This document shows, piece by piece, positions 1-11,761 of a DNA stretch of 64,000 nucleotides (positions within the stretch are counted from its first letter, which is position 1; each line of letters starts with the position of its first letter). The stretch lies in NCBI RefSeq assembly GCF_044704955.1, contig NW_027254447.1:186001-250000 (forward strand), read 5' to 3'. A program made the position numbers and the translations under genes. The notes under the pieces were generated by a model that saw only the letters and a program-made list of their open reading frames with translations, was not told where the DNA came from and searched no databases. The DNA is from Pristiophorus japonicus (Eukaryota).

Positions 1-632
1 TTTTTGTCTGCCTCCTTTTTCAAATAGGGGTGTTACATTTGCAGTTTTTCAATCTGCTGGGACCTCCCCAGAATCCAGGGAATTTTGATAAATTACAACC
101 AATGCATCCACAATCCCTGCCGCTACTTCTCTTAAGACCCACAGATGCAAGCCTTCAGGTCCAGGGAATTTATCTGCCTTTAGTCCCATTATCTTACTGA
201 TTACCACCTTCTTAGTGATTGTGATTGTGTTAAGTTCCTCCCCCCATATAGCCCCTTGACTATCTACTGTTGGAATATTGTTAGTGTCCTCTATCGTAAA
301 GACTGATAGAAAATATCTGTTCAGAGTTTCTGCCATCTCCATGTTCCCCATTACTAATTCCCCGGTCTCGTCCTCTAAGGCACCAACATTTACTTTAGCC
401 ACTCTTTTCCTTTTTATATTCCAATAGAGACTGTTTTTATAGTTTGTGCTAGTTTACTTTCATAGTCTATCTTCCCTTTCTTAATCATTTTTTTTAGTCA
501 TTCTTTGCTGACTTTTAAAAGCTTCCCAATCTTCTGTCCTCCCACTAGTTTCAGTTACTTTGTATACCCTTGTTTTTAATTGAATATCATCCTTTATTTC
601 TTTAGTTAGCCACGGATGGCTATCTTCTTTTA
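1..632 (-). mobile_element. CR1 LINE ORF2 fragment (decayed)
   Basis: ORF 49..402 has the CR1 motif GLKADKFPGPEGLH..LREVA; stops and frameshifts. Confidence 0.85.
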
Positions 633-1145
633 CACTTGCTATTGAGGGAGTGCAGCGAAGGTTCACCAGACTGATTACCGGGATGGTAGGACGAAAGACA
701 TATGACAAAAGACTGTATCGACTAGGCTTATATTCACTGGAATTTAGAAGAATGAGAGGGGATCTCATTGAAGCAAATACAATTCTGACGATTGGATAGG
801 TTAGATGCAGGAAGAATGTTCCCGATGTTGGGGAAGTCCAGAACCAGGGGTCACAGTCTTAAGGATAAGGGGTAAGCCATTTAGGACCGAGATGAGGCGA
901 AACTTCTTCACTCAGAGAGTTGTTAACCTGTGGAATTCCCGACCGCAAAGAGTTGTTGATTCCAGTTCATTGGATATGTTCAAGAGGGAGTTAGATATGG
1001 CCCTTACGGCTAAAGGGATCAAGGGGTATGGAGAGAAAGCAGGAAAGGGGTACTGAGGGAATGATCAGCCATGATCTTATTGAATGGTAGTGCAGGCTCG
1101 AAGGGCCGAATGGTCTACTCCTGCACCTATTTTCTATGTTTCTGT
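633..1145 (+). mobile_element. CR1 LINE 3' fragment with 3' UTR
   Basis: RT C-terminus (RRNFFTQRVVNLWN) followed by CR1-type tail CCTATTTTCTATGTTTCT. Confidence 0.9.
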
Positions 1146-1265
1146 GTCACTTATCAGCCCCAGCCTGAATGTTGTCCAGGTCTTGCTGTAAGCGGGCATG
1201 GACTGCTCCATTATCTGAGGAGTTGCGAATGAAACTGAATACTGTGCAGTCATCAGCGAACATCC
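1146..1265 (-). mobile_element. CR1-like LINE RT fragment (second family)
   Basis: MFADDCTVF...LQQDLDNIQ; near-identical to ~12555-12670. Confidence 0.75.
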
Positions 1266-4157
1266 CTAGTTCTGCTTTCATAGCTTTGCAGTCGCCTTTA
1301 TTTAGAATCAGGACACTGGTTTGAGATCTGACTTTCTCACTCTCCAACTGAATTTGAAATTCAACCATGTTATGTTCACTTTTTCCCAGAGGATCCTTTA
1401 CTATGAGATCATTTATTAATCTTGTCTCATTACACAATACCAGATCTAAGATAGCCTGCTCCCTGGTTGGTTCTGCAACGTACTGTTCAAGGAGACCATC
1501 CCAGATACAGGGCCCAAGTTTCCACACGATAAAAAACGGGCGCCCCTCCGAGCTGGGCGCCCGTTTTTCGCGCCTAAAACGGCGCCTAAAAAAAAAAATT
1601 GCGATTCTGGAGCGCTTTGCAGCTCCTTGTCTGTTTGGCGTGGCGCCCAGGGGGGCGGAGTCTATACTCGCGCCGATTTTGTAAGTGGGAGGGGGCGGGT
1701 ACTATTTAAATTAGTTCTTTTCCTGCCAGCAACGCTGCTCATGCGCGTTGGAGCGTTCGCGCACGCGCAGTGTGAAAAAAACATTGGCACTCGGCCATTT
1801 TTGTAGTTCTTTGTAGCTGTTTAATTTTTGAACATTTTTTTAATAAAAGCACATTGCCATCAGCACTTGCAGCCTTTTCACTGTCCCCCCCTCCCCCCCC
1901 ACTTGCGGGAAGAACGGGCGCCCCCCCCCCCCCCCCCCCGGAACAGGCGCCTCCTCCCTCCTCCCCCCCCCCCCCCCCCCCCCCCGCGGGAAGAACGGGC
2001 GCCTCCTCCTCCACCCCCCCCCGCCACGGGAAGAACGGGCGCCTCAGGCTGACTGCAGCATTCTCCAGAAGCACTTTCACATAGGTCGGAAGATGGTTTA
2101 TTTAATCTTTTCTTTGCTTATTGCTTATAAATGTTTATTCAGGTTGGATTTATTTGTAGAAGTATAAATAAGGATTTATTGTAGAATTTAATGACTTCAC
2201 TTCCTCCCCCCCCACCTCGTTCTGGACGCCTAATTTGTAACCTGCGCCTGATTTTTTTAATGTGTAGAACAGGTTTTTTCAGTTCTACAAAAATCTTCAC
2301 TTGCTCCATTCTAACTTGGTTTGGAGTACGTTTTCACTGTGGAAACTTTGAAATCAGGCGTCAGTGGCCGGACACGCCCCCTTTTGCAGAAAAAATTCTG
2401 TTCCAAAGTAGAACTGTTCTACCTGACTAGAACTGCAGAAAAAAAAATGTGGAGAATTGCGATTTCTAAGATAGTCCGTTCTCCACCAGTTGCTCCTAAA
2501 AGAAACTTGGGCCAATACTCTTATAAACTCTTCCTCAAGTCTACCTTGGCCAATTTGATTTGTCTAATCAATATGAAGCTTAAAATCGCCAGTGATTATT
2601 GCCGTACCTTTCTTACAAGCCTCCATTGTTTCTTGATTTATACTCCATCCAACAGTGTAGCTACTGTTAGGGAGCCTATAGACTACGCCCACCAGTGACT
2701 TCTTACCCTTATTATTTATTATCTATACCCAAATTGATTCTACATCTTGATCTTCTGAACCCAAATAATTTCTCACCACTGCACTGATCCCATCGTTTAT
2801 TAACAGAACTACCCCACCTTTTCCTTTCTGTCTTATCCTTCTGAATTGTTAAATACCCCTGAATATTTAGTTCCCAGCCTTGGTCACCTTGCAACCTCGT
2901 CTCTGTAATGGCTATCAGATCATACCTATTTGTATCTATTTGTGCCGTCAACTCATCTATCTTGTTACGAATGCTGCGTGCATTCAGATAAAGAACTTTT
3001 AATTTTGACTTTTTACCATTTTCCCCTGCTTTGACCCTACTTTCTGTTACACTCTTATTTTTATACATTCTGTCTTTTCCTGTCACAGTCTGATTCTCAT
3101 TTCCCACAGTGCTACCCTGCTCTATTGCCTTCTCCTTGCTCTTTGACATTTTAAATTTCCTCTCACCTGAACCCTCCCCCCCCCCCCCCCCCATCCACCG
3201 CTCCCCCCCCCCCCGACCTATTTAGTTTAAAGCCCTCTTTACAGCCCTAGTTATTCGCTTCGCCAGGACATTAGCACCAGCCTGGTTCAAGTGAAGCCCA
3301 TCCCAACGGAACAGCTCCCTCTTGCCCCGGTACTGGTGCCAGTGCCCCATGAATCGAAACTCATTTTTCCCACACCAGTCTTTGAGCCACGTGTTCATCT
3401 CTCTGATCTTATTTATCCTATGCACATTTGCACGTGGCTCAGGTAGTAATCCAGAGATTATTGCCTTCATGGTTCTGCTTTTTAATTTAGCCCCTAGCTA
3501 CTCAAATTCCCTCAGCAGAACCTCTTTCTTTGTTCTACCTATGTCATTAGTACCTACGTGGCCCACGACAACTGGATCTTCCCCCTCCCACTCCAAGTTC
3601 CTCTCCAGCCCAGAGGCGATGTCCTGAACCTTGGCACGTCGCAGGCATCACAGCCTTCGGGACTCACGCTCTCGGCTGCAGAGAACAGTATATATCTCCG
3701 AAACTATACTCTTTCCTATCACTACAACATTTCTTTTTACTCCCCCCACTTGAATGTCCTCCTGTACCACGGCGCTGTGGTCAGTTTGCTCATCCTCCCT
3801 GCAGTCCCTGCCCTCGTCCAAGCAGGGAGCACGAATCTCGTACCTGTTGGACAATTGCAAGAGCTGAAGCTCCTCCATCACGACCTCCAGGGTCCCCACA
3901 GCTGCCTCGCTCATAGTCACACCCTCCTGTCCCTAACCATGGACCAAATTTGAATTAATTAATCTAAGGGGTGTGACTGCCTCCTGGAACACAGCGTCCA
4001 GGTAACTCTCCCCCTCCCTGATGTGTCGCAGTGTCTGCAGCTCGGACTCCAGCTCATCAACGCGGAGCTGAAGTTCCTCGAGAAACCAACATTTACTGCA
4101 GATGTGGTCGCCGTGGACCTCAATGGGGTCAACCAGCTCCCACCTGCAGCAGCAGTA
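1266..4157 (-). mobile_element. Decayed CR1 LINE 5' half (ORF1 zinc-finger/esterase + ORF2 endonuclease), interrupted by a MITE-like element
   Basis: ORFs 3648..3920 and 3222..3470 (esterase, DGLH, ends RALN*); 2712..3194 (YLNARSIRNK..ITET); 1147..1527 (EPTREQAILDLVL). Confidence 0.88.
1510..2514. mobile_element. Non-autonomous DNA transposon (MITE-like)
   Basis: Terminal inverted repeats GGCCCAAGTTTC (1511-1522) / GAAACTTGGGCC (2502-2513); the CR1 sequence is contiguous across it; no transposase ORF. Confidence 0.8.
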
Positions 4158-5917
4158 ACACAGTCAGATTCGGGTGAATTTATAATGGGGAACAAAGAAA
4201 TGGCAGACCAATTGAACAAGTACTTTGGTTCTGTCTTCACAAAGGAAGACACAAATAACCTTCCGGATGTACTAGGGGTCCGAAGGTCTAGTGAGAAGGA
4301 GGAACTGAAGGATATCCTTATTAGGTGGGAAATTGTGATCGGGAAATTGATGGGATTGAAGGCCGATAAATCCCCAGGGCCTGATAGTCTGCATCCCAGA
4401 GTATTTAAGGAAGTGGCCCTAGAAATAGTGGATGCATTTGTGATCATTTTCCAGCAGTCTATCGACTCTGGATCAGTTCCTATGGATTGGAGGGTAGCTA
4501 ATGTAACACCACTTTTTAAAAAAGGAGGGAGAGAGAAAACAGGTAATTATAGACCGGTTAGCCTGACATCAGTAGTGGGGAAAATGTTGGAATCAATCAT
4601 TAAGGATGAAATAGCAGCACATTTGGAAAGCAGTGATAGGATTGGTCCAAGTCAGCATGGATTTATGAAAGGGAAATCATGTTTGACAAATCTTCTGGAA
4701 TTTTTTGAGGATGTAACTCGTAGAGTGGACAGGGGAGAACCAGTGGATGTGGTGTATTTGGACTTTCAAAAGGCTTTTGACAAGGTCCCACACAAGAGAT
4801 TGGTGTGAAAAATCAAAGCACAGGGTAATGTACTGACGTGGATAGAGAACTGGTTGGCAGACAGGAAGCAGAGAGTCGGGATTAACGGGTCCTTTTCAGA
4901 ATGGCAGGCAGTGACTAGTGGAGTGCCGCAGGGCTCAGTGCTGGGACCCCAGCTCTTTACAATATATATTAATGATTTGGATGATGGAATTGAGTGTAAT
5001 ATCTCCAAGTTTGCAGATGGCGGTGTGAGCTGTGAAGAGGATGCTAAGAGGCTGCAGGGTGATTTGGACAGGTTAGGCGAGTGGGCAAATACATGGCAGA
5101 TGCAATATAATGTGGATAAATGTGAGGTTATCCACTTTGGGGGTAAAAACACGAAGGCAGAATATTATCTGAATGGCGGAAGATTAGGAAAAGGGGAGGT
5201 GCAGCGAGACCTGGGTGTCATGATTCATCAGTCATTGAAGGTTGGCATGCAGGTACAGCAGGCGGTGAAGAAGGCAAATGGTGGCCTTCAGAGCTAGGGG
5301 ATTTGAGTATAGGAGCAGGGAAGTCTTACTGCAGTTGTACAGGTCTTTGGTGAGGCCCCACCTGGAATATTGTGTTCAGTTTTGGTCTCCTAATCTGAGG
5401 AAGGACATTCTTGCTATTGAGGGAGTGCAGCGAAGGTTCACCAGACTGATTCCTGGGATGGCAGGACTGACACATGAGGAGAGACTGGATCGACTGGGCC
5501 TGTATTCACTGGAGTTTAGAAGAATGAGAGGGGATCTCTTAGAAACATATAAAATTCTGACGGGACTGGACAGGTTAGATGCAGGAAGAATGTTCCCGAT
5601 GTTGGTGAAGTCCAGAACCAGGGGTCACAGTCTTAAGGATAAGGGGTAAGCCATTTAGGACTGAGATGAGGAGGAACTTCTTCACTCAGAGAATTGTTAA
5701 CCTATGGAATTTCTTACCGCAGAGAGTTGTTGATGTCAGTTCATTGGATATATTCAAGAGGGAGTTAGATATGGCCCTTGCATCTAAAGGGATCAAGGGG
5801 TATGGAGAGAAAGCAGGAACGGGGTACTGAAGGAATGATCAGCCATGATCTTATTGAATGGTGGTGCAGGCTCGAAGGGCCGATTGGCCTACTCCTGCAC
5901 CTATTTTCTATGTTTAT
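4158..5917 (+). mobile_element. 5'-truncated CR1 LINE (RT, disrupted)
   Basis: ORFs 4023..4808, 4854..5297 and 5278..5649 carry NYRPVSLTS, LDFQKAFDKVPH and [10 protein letters not shown]; 3' tail present. Confidence 0.93.
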
Positions 5918-7156
5918 ACATCGCTTGCCCTGACATCTCTAATGTATTGAATTAATTTTTCACATTTTGAAAGTTTAGATTTTTAATCCCAGCTCTTAAT
6001 TGAAACCAATGCCCAAGAAAAGAGAGAAACCTTGCCGGCGACGCCCACATCCCGTGAATGAATTTTTTTGAAACAGTTCTAAACTTGGCCAGGATAGAAT
6101 GTGAATGTTTGAGGAGAGGGGTCATTAGCGTTACCTAGCTACTTACAGCCTGGGCAGCTTGTAACCATAGTTCCTGAACAGAATTGTGCCATGTGTGATC
6201 TGTGTCAAATGTTAATGCTTGCGTAGCACTTACTCTGAGCTAAAGCACTGTTTGGCTCTCTTTCCCCCCCCCCCCCCCCCCCCCCCACCCTGCCAGTTGG
6301 AAGTAAGGCTTTGAATGTGCCCAATTGAGCAATGCCAGGTAAGAGATTTAAGGTTTGTCACTGTGTCGACCTAAGGGTCCTTGATGACCCAGTCAGTGCC
6401 ATACTGACATATTTGTCTTTACTATTAACCTTTGATGGAACTGGAGAGATGTCGACTGTGACTCCAACAGTTTTGGCAACAGACTGTTTAGAGGAGCCGA
6501 TCCCAAAAACTGCCCCAAAGTTAATACAGCCCCTTTGATCTGCTGGAGTATTTTCCCATGAATTGTTCTCATGTTGATTACCAAAGCAATTGGTGACATA
6601 GCCTGACAAGTCTTTGAACGGTGGGGGGGGGGGGGGCAATTTTATCCTGAGCCGCCCTACCCCCGCAGGGAACTGCCGGGATGGACGGATGGGGGGCCAG
6701 CGCTGACTTTACAGCCCGGAGTCAGTATCGGGAGTGGGGTAATACTGGCGTCTCATCCCATCCTATGGTGATTCCTGCCCGGCGAGTTTGGTAAAAGTGA
6801 TACCCCCCACTCCCGGGTCTCTGTGTGGCAGCCTCTTCAGGGGTTTTAATTTCTCCAGCCTCCCTGCGCACGGTTTCAGCGGGTCCCCCAAGAAGGGGGT
6901 CCCCCGTTACTGGCTGATGCTTGGCAGTGCTTACGGTCTTGTATGCATTGTCGCCATCGGGTTAATCAAGATCTGGTCAGTTACAAGCGATCTGTAAAGA
7001 TACAATGGGTTTTCCTGAATTTGTTAAGGCCCCTAGTTAATACGCAGTGAGGTTGTTACCATTCATCTGGACTTGGTTGGCTGTGAGGACGAGTGTACCC
7101 ACTGTAGCCGAACTCCCTCCTCCTGCTCCAGGCCAAGCAATGGAAGATACGTTCAG

Positions 7157-7267
7157 GAAAGGGGTACTGAGGGAATGATCAGCCATGATCTTATTGAATG
7201 GCGGTGCAGGCTCGAAGGGCCATATGGCCTACTCCTGCACCTATTTTCTATGTTTCTATGTTTCTAT
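7157..7267 (+). mobile_element. CR1 3' tail fragment
   Basis: Matches the 3' UTR at 1040-1145 and ends in (TTTCTATG)n. Confidence 0.85.
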
Positions 7268-7429
7268 AACACAATCACTTCCCTGCTTTCCTGTGACATC
7301 ACATTTTGAATCTTTTTACTTCTTATCCTCCCAGGTCACGTGGTGCTGTTTCGGCTGTCTGCTCGGCTGACTCACGCCCTTTGTAGGCTTGCCGCTGCTC
7401 CCGCTCTCGTGCCCTTTCCGAAGGGATGG

Positions 7430-8050
7430 GCGCAAGTAGGTTTTTCCCCTCGCGTTGCTTCTCTCACCACCTGCTGCAGGCCCAGTCTGGCAGCTATGTC
7501 CTTCAGGACTTTGCCAGATCGATTAGTAGTGGTGCTACCGAGCCAGTCTTGATGGACATTGAAGTCCCCCACACAAAGTACATTCTGTGCACCTTGCTAC
7601 TCTCAGTGCTTCTTCCAAGTGGTGTTCAACATGGAGGAGTACTGATTCATCAGCTGAAGGAGGGCGGTAGGTGGTAATCAGCAGGAGGTTTCCTTGCCCA
7701 TGCTTGTCCTGAAGCCAGGAGACTTCATGGGGTCTGGAGTCAGTGTTGAGAACTCCCAGGGCCACACCCTCCCAAATGTATACTACTGTATCGCCACCAG
7801 TGGGACAGGACATACCCAGGGATGGTGATGGAGGAGTCTGGGACATTGGCTGAAAGGTATGATTCTGTGAGTATGACTATGTCAGGCTGTTGCTTGACTA
7901 GTCTGGGCCATCTCTTCGAATTTTGGCACCAGTCCCCAGATGTTGGTGAGAAAGACTGGGCTGGGTGTGCCGTTGTCGGGTCCGTAGCCGGTGCGGAGGT
8001 CGATGCCGGGTGGTCCGTCCGGTTTTATTCTTATTATTGTTTTTCGTAGC
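7430..8050 (-). mobile_element. CR1-like LINE endonuclease fragment
   Basis: TTYRPPS and GDFNVH motifs in ORFs 7535..7846 and 7372..7572. Confidence 0.75.
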
Positions 8051-8064
8051 GGTGGATCAATTGA

Positions 8065-8430
8065 TGAATCAATATGATCTTATTGAATGGCGGAGCAGGC
8101 TCGAGGGGCCAAATGGCCTACTCCTGCTTCTAATTCTTATGTGCTTATTCCCTAGCCCAGATCCTGTCTCTATATTAAGAGCAATGGTCCCAACACTGAC
8201 CCTGGGGACACCACTGTTTCCATCCCTCCAGTCTGAAGAACATCCATTTACCACTACTCTCTGTTTTCTGCCCTTTACCCAACTTCCTCTCCACGCGGCC
8301 CCACTCCCTTTAATACTGTGAGCCTTAATTTGATCAACAAGCCTCCTGTCCGGCACCTTATCAAACACCTTTTGACAATCCATCTGCACAACATCCATTG
8401 CATTTCCTTTCTCACTGCATTGTGTTATTT
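8065..8430. mobile_element. Old CR1 fragments (3' tail on +, RT piece on -)
   Basis: MDCQKVFDKVP..GRKQRVVVNG..SGVP on the minus strand; CR1 tail at 8070-8142. Confidence 0.7.
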
Positions 8431-8559
8431 CCTGCAATAATCCCTGCTGTCTGTCCTGACTTAATCATTTCACTACAAATGTTGCAACGTTTACTTCTGT
8501 AGTTAGAATCCCCCGCGCAGGGGTAAAGTGCTCTATCAATGACACCAGGAGCCCAGACA

Positions 8560-8835
8560 CGGGACCGGGCTGTGCTCTGAGCAGGCGCAGTGCCAGTGGT
8601 GGAGGTGGTCTGAGGCGGAAGAGACATTCCGCGAGTCAGTAGGAGCTTGTGAGCTCAGCGGAGGAATTGGATCCCTGGGTGGGCTGGGCAGCTTCATAAA
8701 CACCTGCTGTAGGCCTCAGGTCCCGAATATGAGCCCGCAGGCTCCATGTTTGACCTGCGATGATAGACCCGACCGCTCGGGGTAACTAGCTGAATTCTTG
8801 GACAGGATCAGGGCGCCTGCGCGGCCATCTTGGTA
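8560..8835 (+). promoter_or_regulatory. CpG-rich promoter/5' region of the zinc-finger gene
   Basis: CpG-rich; NRF1-like GCGCCTGCGC (~8813), YY1-like GCCATCTT (~8824) and ETS-like GCGGAAG (~8615) upstream of the ZF exon. Confidence 0.5.
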
Positions 8836-9471
8836 CAGGAGCAGAGGGTGGGTGGGGTTTAGGGTTTCAGTGACCAGGAGAGAAAATAATTTCCTTGTTT
8901 CTTCTCAGTCTGCGCACTAGGGATGTAGAACTGAACCCAACCAGAGAAGAGGGAGTGAGAAAATTGCAGATGGAGGAAAGAAATGATGGAGGTGGTGCGA
9001 TGAGTTTGGATTTCAGCACAGGGTGGAGGGAGAGTGTGTGGGATGGGAATTTACAGCTTTGGGGAACAAGAGAGGAAAGAATGTTCCATAGAAACTGGGA
9101 TTGTCTGTCCTCAGTGCTGACTTTTGTAAACTCCTTTTACAGGATATTAGAAAAGGAGGATTTACAGACGGGAAACTCGAACCAATCACAGTCACTCGAT
9201 TCACCTGTATATCATCAGCCTTTGAATGTGGAAGGAGAAACGGTTGTCTGTTCTGTCTGTGAGAAAAGATATTAAACATTAGTGTGACTGGTAAAGCACC
9301 GAGACACACACACTCGAGTGAGAGTGTTCCAGTGCAGTGACTGGAAAGAGCTTTAACCAGTTACACAGCCTGAAAAAACATCGCACCATTCACAGAGGGG
9401 AGAAATATTGTGTATGTGGACGAAGTTTCAATTGATCATCCAACCTGGAGAGACACAAGGACACCCACACC

Positions 9472-10143
9472 ATGGAGAAACCATGGGAATGTGGAGACTG
9501 TGGGAAGGCATTCAATTGCCCCTCTGCGCTGGAAACTCATCGACGGCATCACAACGGAGAGAGGCCGTTCACCTGCCCAGTGTGTGGGAAGGGATTCACT
9601 CAGTCATCCAACTTGCTGGTACACAAGCGAATTCACACTGGGGAAAGGCCATTCACCTGCTCCATGCGTGAGAAGGGATCCACTCGTTCATCCGACCTCA
9701 CTGAACACCAGCGTGTTCACACTGCGGAGAGGCCGTTTACCTGCCCAGTGTGTGGGAAGGGATTCACTCGATCATTTGACCTGTTGACACACCAACACAT
9801 TCACACTGGGGAGAGGCCATTCATCTGCTCTGAATGTGGGAAGGGTTTCACTCGATCATCCCACCTGCTGACACACCAACGCATTCATACTGGGGAGAGG
9901 CCGTTCATCTGCTTTGAGTGTGGGAAGGCTTTCACTCGATCATCTTACCTGCTAGCACACCAGCGAGTTCACACTGGGGAGAGGCTATTCACCTGCTCCG
10001 AGTGTGAGAAGCATTTCACTCGATCATCCAACCTGCTGAGACACCAGCGAGTTCACACTGGGGAGAGGCCATTCACCTGCTTTGAGTGTGGGAAGGGATT
10101 CACTCAGTCATCCAACTTGCTGACACACCAGCGAGTTCACTAG
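9472..10143 (+). CDS. C2H2 (Kruppel-type) zinc-finger protein, 8 fingers (finger 3 degenerate)
   Basis: Eight 28-aa CxxC..H..H units with TGERPF-type linkers; splice acceptor TCCTTTTACAG ends at 9141; degenerate fingers in 9142-9471. Confidence 0.85.
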   Translation: MEKPWECGDCGKAFNCPSALETHRRHHNGERPFTCPVCGKGFTQSSNLLVHKRIHTGERPFTCSMREKGSTRSSDLTEHQRVHTAERPFTCPVCGKGFTRSFDLLTHQHIHTGERPFICSECGKGFTRSSHLLTHQRIHTGERPFICFECGKAFTRSSYLLAHQRVHTGERLFTCSECEKHFTRSSNLLRHQRVHTGERPFTCFECGKGFTQSSNLLTHQRVH

Positions 10144-10264
10144 TGACTGCAGGGGTTGGACTCTGCTGTTATTGTTGCCGTTAATCACATCCAGGACTGA
10201 AACATGTTGCCGCTGGTGTAATTAATCCCTATATCTGGGCTGGAGTTTAATTTTCTGGATATCA

Positions 10265-11511
10265 TTGAATCATAGAATGGTCACAGCACAGTAGGAGGCC
10301 TTTTGGACCATCGAACCCATGCCGGCTCTCTGCAAGAGCACTTCAGCTAGTCATAAGAACATAAGAAATAGGAGCAGGAGTAGGCCACACCACCCCTCGA
10401 GTCTGCTCCACCATTCAATAAGATCATGGCTGGTCTGATCATGGACTCAGCTCCACTTCCCTGCCCACTCTCCATAACCCTTTATCGTTTAAGAAACTGT
10501 CTATTTCTGTCTTAAATTTATTCAATGTCCCAGCTTCCACATCTCTCTGAGGCAGCGAAGTCCACAGATTTACAACCCTCTGAGAGAAGAAATTTCTCCT
10601 CATCTCTGTTTTAAATGGGCGGCCTCTAGTTCTAGTCTCCCGCATCAGTGGAAACATCCTCTCTGCATCCACCTTGTCAAGCCCCCTCATATATGTTTTG
10701 ATAAGATCATGTCTCATTCTTCTGAATTCCAATGAGTAGAGACCCAACCTACTCAACCTTTCCTCATAAGTCAACCCCCTCATCTCCGGAATCAACCTAG
10801 TGAAACTTCTCTGAACTGCCACCAAAGTACCCACAGGTCCTGCTGTACTGCAGCACTTTGCAATCTTTCTCCATTTAAATAATAACTTGCTCTTTGATTT
10901 TTTTTCTACCAAAGTGCATGACCTCAGACTTTCCAACATTACACTCCATCTGCCAAATTTTTGCCCACTCACTTAGCCTGTCTATTCCTTTTGCAAATTT
11001 TTTGTGTCCTTCTCACACATTGCTTTTCCTCTCATCTTTGTATCATCAGCAAACTTGGCTACATTACACTCAGTCCCTTCTTCCAAGTCGTTAATATACA
11101 TTGTAAATAGTCCCACTCCCTGCCCTTTCCCCGTGGCCCTGCAAATGTTTTATTTCATGTACTTATCAATTCCCTTTTTGAAAGCCACGATTGAATCTGC
11201 CTCCACCACCCTTTTAGGCCGTGCATTCCAGATCCTAACCACTCGCTGCTTAAAGAAAAGTTTTTTCTCATGTCGCCTTTGGTTCTTCTGCCAATCACCT
11301 TGAATCTGTGTCCTCTGGTTCTCAACCCTTCCGCCAATGGGAATATTTTCTCTCTACTCTGTCCAGACCCCTCATGATTTTAGAGCACCTCTATCAAATC
11401 TCCTTTCAACCTTCTCTGTTCTAAGAAGAACAACCCCAGCTTCACCAGTCTATCCATGTAACTGAAGTCCCTCATCCCTGGAATCATTCTTGTAAATCTT
11501 TTCTGCACCCT
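10265..11511 (-). mobile_element. CR1 3' fragment with a nested CR1 (10353-11107)
   Basis: Two CR1 tails; the inner copy is flanked by the direct repeat TAGTC. Confidence 0.85.
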
Positions 11512-11761
11512 CTGTCAAACAACTGTCAAATAAATCAGCTTTGTTTCCTACATACAGTGAGTCGATTCCTTGATTTCTTCAAGAGGAGGCTAATTGATGT
11601 CCTGTTACCGACTGTCCCATTTTTGAGCCTTTTCACGGCTTCTGTTTTAGTGATGTTCCTTGAGGGATAAATGTTAGCCAGGACACCGGAAATCTCTCTT
11701 TTCTTCGAAATAATGTCATGGAATCTTTAACGCCGACTTGAGAGGTCAGATGGTTCTGATT

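Noticed and set aside
1739-2084. Pro-rich/Gly-rich ORFs (formin/WASP-like)
   Set aside because: Translations of poly-C tracts inside the MITE
6622-6810. Possible small MITE (GGGGCAATTTTATCC ... GGTAAAAGTGATACCCC)
   Set aside because: The inverted termini are too imperfect and no TSD is visible, so it cannot be supported
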